Source: a bacterium (GTDB lineage Bacteria; Patescibacteriota; Patescibacteriia; SBBB01). Taken from it: a DNA stretch of 50,298 nucleotides. Shown here piece by piece: positions 36,677 through 43,401 of the stretch. Position numbers and translations under genes: made by a program. The notes under the pieces are model-generated. The model saw only the letters and a list, made by a program, of their open reading frames with translations. It had not been told where the DNA came from and did not search any database. Within the stretch, counting starts at the first letter, position 1. The number at the start of each line of letters is the position of its first letter. The stretch covers positions 1 to 50,298 of the forward strand of contig SBBB01000002.1 of NCBI GenBank assembly GCA_005239895.1. Reading direction: 5' to 3'.

Positions 36677-36704
36677 TAGACGCTAATAATGGTCAAATGT
36701 TACA
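36677..36704 (-). promoter_or_regulatory. ECF-type promoter TGTAAC-N16-CGTCTA upstream of the ECF sigma gene (leaderless)
   Basis: Matches the tGtAAC-N16-CGwC ECF consensus; ATG follows 5 nt after CGTCTA. Confidence 0.7.
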
Positions 36705-36766
36705 GATAATAATAGTTAAATATACGCTTATAATACCAATATGTCCAGGTAACAAGATGCTATAAG

Positions 36767-36794
36767 ATTTATGATTTATGATTTATGATTTATG
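36767..36794. repeat. Heptamer array (ATTTATG)4 upstream of the ECF sigma gene
   Basis: Read directly from sequence. Confidence 0.88.
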
Positions 36795-36926
36795 ATTTAA
36801 TTAAAGATATATAAATAGTGCCTTTGTTTATACAGTATTTGCAATATAGTACCTAACCGAAAAAGTTACAGTTAAATTATTATTTTATAAAAACTGTAAC
36901 ACTAGTATTAAATATTAAATTAAAGA

Positions 36927-37928
36927 TTAATATTTAATATTCTTGAGAATTGTGTCTAATTTAGCGTCAATTGTTCTTTTTAGTTGAGCTGGGTTAAGTA
37001 AGTTATAAATCTGCTGCAACTCTTGTTTAATAGACTGAGAAGCAGTGTTCAGTTCTATTATTCGACTATAAGGAGTCTTGGATATAACATCACCTTTTTT
37101 ATTAATTCGTAACAAGGCTTGAAAAAAATTATGATACAACCTGAGCTCGTTTTTACATAAACTTAATAGCATTTCTAATTCTGAATCACCCAGGCTTTGA
37201 ACACTATATTTTGGCGTCGAAACCAGAGGTACAAAATCATTAAATTTAATTGATATTAAAACTGGAAACCTTTTATAAATTTTTTCCAAACCTGATTGCC
37301 AAGCTTCTTTAGATTGTCCTTTTATCATTTCTATTTCCCACCAACCTGTCACTGTATCAATGCATGAAATAGCGTTCATGCTCTGACCAGTTATTAATCC
37401 GGATTGATCGCTATGCCCAGCTAAATAGATTTCAATATTTCCAATTTTAAATCTTTCTTGTTTGTAATTAATTCTAAATAATGATTTTAAAACCCTCCAC
37501 ATTTTGCGATGCTGAGTTGGTTTTTGAGCTTGACTTAACACCGAGTCAATTGTTCTTACTCCGACTTGTTTTAATTTTTCAATAACCGTACGATTATATT
37601 TTAACTCCCCAATCCTTTCCAATCTGCCGGTTTCAGATATTAATAAGGGTTGCAATCTTAGACCGCAAGGATAATTAAAAATACTCCAACATTCAAGTAG
37701 CGCTTTTTGAAATACAGCGTCGTAATAAACGGGCTTAATTCTTTTTTGAACCTCCATATTTTCGACACCCAATTCGGATAAATGCTTAAGCTTAGAAATT
37801 AAATATTTCCTATTAAGTTTTAAATCTTTACAAAGTTTATCTAAAAATTTACCCTTATCTTTTTTAGATTTATAATCATATTTAGCATCTTCAAGTGTTT
37901 GCAATAAATGCTCGTTACTTATGGACAT
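36927..37928 (-). CDS. DDE integrase/transposase-derived protein with degenerate catalytic core
   Basis: KGKFLDKLC..L.LNRKYLI, WSIFNYPCGLRL, TIDSVL, CIDTVTGWWE, YHNFFQ..KTPYSR match rve-type transposases; the DSDNGSEF and E-motif segment is missing. Confidence 0.7.
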   Translation of the reverse strand: MSISNEHLLQTLEDAKYDYKSKKDKGKFLDKLCKDLKLNRKYLISKLKHLSELGVENMEVQKRIKPVYYDAVFQKALLECWSIFNYPCGLRLQPLLISETGRLERIGELKYNRTVIEKLKQVGVRTIDSVLSQAQKPTQHRKMWRVLKSLFRINYKQERFKIGNIEIYLAGHSDQSGLITGQSMNAISCIDTVTGWWEIEMIKGQSKEAWQSGLEKIYKRFPVLISIKFNDFVPLVSTPKYSVQSLGDSELEMLLSLCKNELRLYHNFFQALLRINKKGDVISKTPYSRIIELNTASQSIKQELQQIYNLLNPAQLKRTIDAKLDTILKNIKY

Positions 37929-37945
37929 AAATTTATTTTAGGAAT

Positions 37946-37985
37946 TAGCTTTTTAGCTTTTTAGCTTTTTAGCTTTTTAGTTTTT
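37946..37985. repeat. Octamer array (TAGCTTTT)4 plus one variant upstream of the transposase-derived gene
   Basis: Read directly from sequence. Confidence 0.88.
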
Positions 37986-38103
37986 TAAACTAGAAAGTAT
38001 TTTATTTAACATTTTCCTTACTTCAACCAACAATGCATCGAAATGATATTATTTTCTAACATACTTCTCCTAAGAAGCTACAAGCTAAGAAGCTAACAGC
38101 TAT

Positions 38104-38874
38104 CTACACCCACCTACTAGTTAACAATATTAATAATAAACCTAAAACACCAAAAAATAAACGAACTATAAAAGCGCGATTAGTTAATAAAGATCTGTGC
38201 TCTAAAATTAATAAATCTAAAATAAAGTAATATACTAAACTAAGAATAAAACTCTTTATATAAAAAATTATAGGTAAAAAATTTAAAGCTAAAAATAACT
38301 CTAAAATACCAAATATAACCACGAGGGTTAATAATCTGTTTTTCCAAGCTGAGACACCTAATATGGATAATAAAATATAAGTTGACAATATTCCAATTCC
38401 CACTAATAACAAGCTAGCTAGAGTCAAACTAGTATCTATAAAAAACATAAACCCATATAAAGCTGAAACCCATAAATAAAATCCAAAACTATTCAGGTTG
38501 TGCATAAAATCGATAATCCTGTCTCTATGCAAATAAGCCTCAAAAAAAGTGTGCCTGAAAATAACTTCTAGCCATATTCCAAGCACGATAACTAATATCA
38601 ATAAAAATAAATGTCTAGACAATAATCCATCTAATAATACGCTAAAAAATATTCCACTCAATAATAGTAAAAAAGATATCCAGGTAAAATAAAATAAGTC
38701 CGCATTAAACTGTTTACCCAAGATAAACCAAATTGCAGTCCCTAGTACCAATAAACTAATTATTAAAAATACTCCTACTAAATATGTGTTTAAGTAATAC
38801 AATAAAGCTAGTTCCAGTAATGTAAATATACTTAAAGGTATAACAAAGGTTAAAGCGCGAGTTAAAAAAAACAT
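38104..38874 (-). CDS. Polytopic membrane protein of unknown function
   Basis: About eight hydrophobic segments; co-oriented with tgt. Confidence 0.75.
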   Translation of the reverse strand: MFFLTRALTFVIPLSIFTLLELALLYYLNTYLVGVFLIISLLVLGTAIWFILGKQFNADLFYFTWISFLLLLSGIFFSVLLDGLLSRHLFLLILVIVLGIWLEVIFRHTFFEAYLHRDRIIDFMHNLNSFGFYLWVSALYGFMFFIDTSLTLASLLLVGIGILSTYILLSILGVSAWKNRLLTLVVIFGILELFLALNFLPIIFYIKSFILSLVYYFILDLLILEHRSLLTNRAFIVRLFFGVLGLLLILLTSRWV

Positions 38875-38897
38875 AGGGTATAAAATTATTTCCTTTA

Positions 38898-39362
38898 TTA
38901 TTTTAAATATTCTTTTAAAATTGGAGTCATTATTTTAATATATTTACTAGGTTCGTTATTCTCAAGACTAACCAAGGCTAAAACTATATTTAAATGATCA
39001 TCCTTAACTTCTCCTGGTATAGTTAAATCTAAAACCGCGTATTTAACCTTTGAAATTTTAGATATCTCAACTTTACTAAGACCAACTTTCCATTGAGGAC
39101 TGGTTTGGTCTAATAAAACTGGGTACTGACCTAAAATCCCTAGCACAGCTTTAATATACGCTGCTCGATTTAATATTATATTCGATTGACCGTACTTTTT
39201 ATCATTAACTTGATTAACCTTTGAACTCTTCTGGGTTGAAGACTTAATGAGCTTTGTACTTTCAGTCTTAGGCCTCCAACTAAACCAGGTTATAACACCA
39301 ATAACCACAATTAACAAGATCACCTTTGTATATAATAATTTTTTGGATTTAAAATTAGACAT
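38898..39362 (-). CDS. Membrane-anchored hypothetical protein
   Basis: Single N-terminal TM helix; 2-nt gap to tgt. Confidence 0.7.
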   Translation of the reverse strand: MSNFKSKKLLYTKVILLIVVIGVITWFSWRPKTESTKLIKSSTQKSSKVNQVNDKKYGQSNIILNRAAYIKAVLGILGQYPVLLDQTSPQWKVGLSKVEISKISKVKYAVLDLTIPGEVKDDHLNIVLALVSLENNEPSKYIKIMTPILKEYLK

Positions 39363-39364
39363 TT

Positions 39365-40513
39365 TTAAATCTTTTTTTCTAAAATTAACTCCCGTAAGGT
39401 TTTTAACAGGGTGTAATAAAAATTAAGATTATGTATACTTAATAATCTATAAGCTAGTCCTTCGTGTAAATTATTATACAAATAACGCAAATAAGTAATA
39501 CTGGACAAGCAACATTCTTGTTGACAATAGGTGTCGTCCATAGGACCTAAATTATATATAAACTTTCTACGACGAATATCATACATATCATAAAACATTT
39601 TACCGGAAGCAATTAATTTTTTATAATTCTGGCGAAAGACATAATAACCACCATGCCTGCCATTGCGAGATGGAATAACGCAATCAAACATATCTACACC
39701 TAATTTTACGGCTTTCACAATTTGCTCGGGTTTACCAGCTCCCATTAAATAACGCGCTCTGGTCGTGGGAGTTAAACTTAAGGTGTATTCTAACACAGGC
39801 CAAACCTTTTCTTCCGGCTCACCCACAAAAAAGCCTCCAAAAGCATACCCATCAAAATCCATAGATATCAAATCTTCTAAACTTATGCGTCTAAAATGAG
39901 TAGATAGTCCTCCTTGTACTATTCCAAACAACAAAGGAAGTTGTTTGGGAGTTACTTTATCTTTTAAAGCCAAACCTGGAGCTAATTTATCAAAAGTTTG
40001 TTTGGCCATACTAGCCCACAAACTAGTACGCCTAAAAGCAGCTGCAATTTCATATACCGAAGATTTAAAACTCGGACACTCGTCCAAGACCATTAAAATA
40101 TCGGTGTGTAACATTAATTGAAACTTGATCACTTCTTGAGGCGTAAGTTCTATTTTCCTGCCATCAATTTCTGAAGAAAAAATAGCGCCGGTGTCAGTAA
40201 TTTTTCTAAATTTAGCCAATGAAAACACTTGATACCCACCGCTATCAGTTAAAATAGAATCTGGCCATTGCATAAAATCATGCAAGTTTATTTTTTTAAA
40301 TAAAGGCGCGCCAGGTTTTTGATAAAGATGATAAACATTCGCTAAAATCAAATTATAACCTATGCGCTTTATATCTGACATACTAACGTGTTTTACTACT
40401 CCGTGCGTAGCCACGGGCATAAAACACGGCGTTAACACGTCGTTATGTCTAGTACGTAATATTCCAGCTCTAGCTTGAGTTTTTTTAGATTGACCAATCA
40501 ATTTAAACCCCAT
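39365..40513 (-). CDS. tgt: tRNA-guanine transglycosylase
   Basis: TPCFMPVAT, ILTDSGGYQVFSL, MVLDEC, GIVQGG, RYLMGAG.P, GVDMFDCVIP.RNGRHG, HNL. Confidence 0.95.
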   Translation of the reverse strand: MGFKLIGQSKKTQARAGILRTRHNDVLTPCFMPVATHGVVKHVSMSDIKRIGYNLILANVYHLYQKPGAPLFKKINLHDFMQWPDSILTDSGGYQVFSLAKFRKITDTGAIFSSEIDGRKIELTPQEVIKFQLMLHTDILMVLDECPSFKSSVYEIAAAFRRTSLWASMAKQTFDKLAPGLALKDKVTPKQLPLLFGIVQGGLSTHFRRISLEDLISMDFDGYAFGGFFVGEPEEKVWPVLEYTLSLTPTTRARYLMGAGKPEQIVKAVKLGVDMFDCVIPSRNGRHGGYYVFRQNYKKLIASGKMFYDMYDIRRRKFIYNLGPMDDTYCQQECCLSSITYLRYLYNNLHEGLAYRLLSIHNLNFYYTLLKTLRELILEKKI

Positions 40514-40520
40514 AATAAAC

Positions 40521-40552
40521 TATTGTACTTTACTCTATTTAATAGTACAATA
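40521..40552. promoter_or_regulatory. Palindromic overlapping divergent promoters (TTGTAC-N17-TACAAT on both strands) for tgt and recA
   Basis: TATTGTACT-N14-AGTACAATA inverted repeat gives the same -35/-10 pair with 17-nt spacing in each direction. Confidence 0.6.
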
Positions 40553-40576
40553 TTAGCGTTGATTAACTCATTTACT

Positions 40577-40729
40577 GTCATTCCCGCGCTCAGCCTTCGT
40601 AGCCGTAGTTACTACGGTCGCTTACGCTCCATAGCTTCAGCGACGGAGCGCGAAGTAGGCCAGGCAGGAATCCAGGAGCGTGTACGTTTAACAATAAACC
40701 TGGATCCCCGGGTCAAGCCCGAGGATGAC
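40577..40729. repeat. Composite REP-like element with a nested multi-hairpin insertion, upstream of recA
   Basis: GTCATTCCCGC-[insert]-GCAGGAATCCAGGAGCGTGTAC...CCTGGATCCCCGGGTCAAGCCCGAGGATGAC; tail CGAGGATGACA duplicated at 40741. Confidence 0.88.
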
Positions 40730-40785
40730 ACAAAAACCATCGAGGATGACAGAAAAAATTAAAAATCTAAATAAAAACATTAATT

Positions 40786-41820
40786 ATGTCTGATCAATTA
40801 CAAAAACCTGACAAAGATAAGGCTATTAACACTGCTATAAGCACCATTCAAGAAAAATTTGGAGAAGGGTCAATTATGAAATTAGGAGCATCCCGAACAT
40901 TACAAGTTGCAGTCATACCAACTGGATGCTTGTCTCTAGATATTGCTTTGGGGATTGGTGGAATCCCAAGGGGAAGAATTGTAGAAATTTACGGACAAGA
41001 ATCTTCGGGTAAAACCACGCTTGCGCAACATATTGTGGCTGAAACTCAAAAACTCGGAGGAGTCGCGGCTTTTATTGATGCTGAACATGCCTTAGATCCA
41101 GAATATGCAAAAAAAATCGGAGTTAATATTCAAGAACTTTTAATATCTCAGCCTGATACGGGCGAACAAGCTTTAGATATTGTGGAAACCTTAGTGCGCT
41201 CTAATGCTATTGATGTAATTATTATTGATTCCGTGGCTGCCTTAGTTCCCAAAGCTGAAATTGAAGGTGATATGGGTGATCAGCATATGGGGTTGCAAGC
41301 CCGTTTAATGAGTCAGGCTTTAAGAAAATTAACCGGTATTATTAGTAAATCTAAAACCGCTGTAATATTTATTAATCAAATTCGCTTAAAAATTGGTGTT
41401 TTTTTTGGAAACCCTGAAACAACCACCGGCGGCACTGCTCTTAAGTTTTATTCTTCTATGCGTATAGAAGTTAGAAAGTCAGCTCAAATCAAACAGGGCG
41501 AAGCCATTATTGGTAATCGTATCAAAATTAAGATTGTTAAAAATAAAATGGCTCCCCCATTTAGAGCCACAGAAGTTGATATTATGTACAACGAAGGCAT
41601 ATCTATACCCGGAGATATCCTAGATACAGGATTGCTTTATAAAGTACTAACTAAAAGCGGCAATTCTTATTCTTGTAAAAATATAAAATTGGGTGTGGGT
41701 AAAGAAAACGCTAAAAAATTTTTAAAAGAAAACCCTAAACTTATAAAAGACCTACGACAGGAAATTATAGCTATCAGCAAAAAAGGAGATATTTTGATTC
41801 AAAATAACGCCGCAGAATAA
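40786..41820 (+). CDS. recA: Recombinase A
   Basis: [61 protein letters not shown]. Confidence 0.99.
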   Translation: MSDQLQKPDKDKAINTAISTIQEKFGEGSIMKLGASRTLQVAVIPTGCLSLDIALGIGGIPRGRIVEIYGQESSGKTTLAQHIVAETQKLGGVAAFIDAEHALDPEYAKKIGVNIQELLISQPDTGEQALDIVETLVRSNAIDVIIIDSVAALVPKAEIEGDMGDQHMGLQARLMSQALRKLTGIISKSKTAVIFINQIRLKIGVFFGNPETTTGGTALKFYSSMRIEVRKSAQIKQGEAIIGNRIKIKIVKNKMAPPFRATEVDIMYNEGISIPGDILDTGLLYKVLTKSGNSYSCKNIKLGVGKENAKKFLKENPKLIKDLRQEIIAISKKGDILIQNNAAE

Positions 41821-41840
41821 CAAATACAGACTTCTTGCAT

Positions 41841-42344
41841 ATGGCAAAGAAAGATAATAATTTTGCATTCATAGATGGGCAAAATCTTAACCTTGGCATT
41901 AAAAGCTTGGGTTGGAAATTAAACTTTTATCGCTTCAGAAAATACCTCGCAGAAAAATATTCTATAAATACTGCGTATTATTTTATTGGTTATATATCTG
42001 GGAATCAGCCACTTTACTCAGAACTTCAAAAAGCTGGATACGTACTTATCTTTAAGCCAACTATTCCAGATAGTGATGGCAATATAAAAGGAAATATAGA
42101 TGCTGATTTTGTTTTACAAGCCATGCTTGATTTTTCTACTTATAATAAGGCGCTTATAGTTTCAAGCGATGGAGATTTTTACTCCTTGGTAAAACATCTT
42201 TATCAAAGTAAAAAGCTTTTATTCGTTATGAGTCCACACATCAATACCTGTTCTTCTTTGCTTAAAAAAGAAGCAAAAGAAAAAATAGTTTTTATGAACA
42301 ATTTGCAAAACAAGCTTTCATGTAAACAAAAAAGCACCGCCTAG
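41841..42344 (+). CDS. NYN (LabA/DUF88, PIN-like) domain protein (start revised to the ATG)
   Basis: FIDGQNL, KGNIDADFV, VSSDGDFY acidic active-site motifs. Confidence 0.88.
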   Translation: MAKKDNNFAFIDGQNLNLGIKSLGWKLNFYRFRKYLAEKYSINTAYYFIGYISGNQPLYSELQKAGYVLIFKPTIPDSDGNIKGNIDADFVLQAMLDFSTYNKALIVSSDGDFYSLVKHLYQSKKLLFVMSPHINTCSSLLKKEAKEKIVFMNNLQNKLSCKQKSTA

Positions 42345-42371
42345 GGACAAACCCCTACAGAGGTACTTTTT
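42329..42371. terminator. Long hairpin overlapping the NYN stop codon, between convergent NYN and efp
   Basis: AAAAAG-C-ACC...TAGGG-ACAAA-CCCTA...GGT-A-CTTTTT. Confidence 0.55.
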
Positions 42372-42445
42372 CCTGTGAATACTAATATTATAATAAAAAT
42401 CTATTTAAAAGTCAATAATTGAATTTTTATGAAAACTACAAGCTT

Positions 42446-43012
42446 TTACTGAACAACACGGTCAGTATATTCTCCGGTTTCAGTATTAACTCGAACCATA
42501 TCTCCGTCTTTAATAAACAAAGGAACATTAATTACTAAGCCGGTTTCTAAAGTAGCTTCTTTTCTCACGCTACCCTGAGCTGTATTGCCACGCGTGCCAG
42601 AGCTTGTAAAAGCAATTTTTAAATCCAAAGCTTTGGGTAATTCAATCGCAGCTGGTCTTTGATCAAAAATTAAAACTTGCACAGTCTGCCCTTCCATTAA
42701 ATATAAAATTTCATCTTTAATAAGATCTAAAGGCATACTAATTTCTTCATAAGTCTCTTGATGCATAAAATAACCATTAGTCTGATCTTTGTATAAATAT
42801 TGGGCATTAACTTTAACAATATCAGCTTCTTCGGCTGTGTCTGCGCCTCTAAAAGTATGCTCCATGGTTGCACCGTCAATTAAATTCTTTAATTTAACCC
42901 TTAAAATATTACCACCTCTACCCATGTGAGAATGGTCTCGGGCTGTAATTATAAATGGTTTATTATTAATTTTTAAAACTACACCTTTTTTAAGTTCGGA
43001 TATTGAAAGCAT
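42446..43012 (-). CDS. efp: Elongation factor P
   Basis: MGRGG loop, VKLKNLIDG, QYLYKD...FM..ETYEEI, RGNTA, ATLETG...VPLFIK.GD..RVNTETGEY. Confidence 0.97.
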   Translation of the reverse strand: MLSISELKKGVVLKINNKPFIITARDHSHMGRGGNILRVKLKNLIDGATMEHTFRGADTAEEADIVKVNAQYLYKDQTNGYFMHQETYEEISMPLDLIKDEILYLMEGQTVQVLIFDQRPAAIELPKALDLKIAFTSSGTRGNTAQGSVRKEATLETGLVINVPLFIKDGDMVRVNTETGEYTDRVVQ

Positions 43013-43128
43013 ATTAAAATTTTAAATAATTTTTATTACTAGATACAACATAATCCATAATTCAACCTTATGTCAATAGTTCAAGTATCACGCCAAGACC
43101 TAAAAACCCCAGAATACATAGAAGTAAA

Positions 43129-43178
43129 TATAATGTTTGGTGGTTCTATAATGTTTGGTGGTTCGACCGCCAAACATT
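43129..43178. repeat. 18-bp tandem duplication TATAATGTTTGGTGGTTC x2 ending in the hairpin also found at 1-28
   Basis: Read directly from sequence. Confidence 0.88.
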
Positions 43179-43182
43179 GATT

Positions 43183-43211
43183 TTGCTTTCCAAAAGTATT
43201 TATTCTATAAT
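43183..43211 (+). promoter_or_regulatory. sigma70 promoter for proS-ychF, TTGCTT-N17-TATAAT
   Basis: Perfect -10, 17-nt spacer. Confidence 0.6.
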
Positions 43212-43241
43212 TTGTTTATTAAATCTATCGCTTCTGTCATT

Positions 43242-43387
43242 GTCATTCCCGACTTGGTCGGGAATCCAGAAGCGTGTACAATTATAACTACTGTCATAAT
43301 TAATATTAATATTAAACTCCAACTATAATCCAATAATTAAATCTTATTAATAATAACCTGGATCCCCGGGTCAAGCCCGAGGATGAC
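43242..43387. repeat. Composite REP-like element in the proS leader
   Basis: GTCATTCCCGACTTGGTCGGGAATCCAGAAGCGTGTAC...CCTGGATCCCCGGGTCAAGCCCGAGGATGAC; inverted homolog of 106-250. Confidence 0.9.
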
Positions 43388-43401
43388 AGAAAAAAACACT
43401 T

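Noticed and set aside
36895-38031. Terminal inverted repeats of an intact IS around the transposase-derived gene
   Set aside because: Left TGTAAC has only a weak partner (TTTAACA near 38025) and no target-site duplication
40475-40762. 95-aa ORF upstream of recA
   Set aside because: Translation of REP and nested palindromes; overlaps the tgt start
43212-43401. T-box leader upstream of proS
   Set aside because: No T-box antiterminator consensus seen; the leader is occupied by a composite REP
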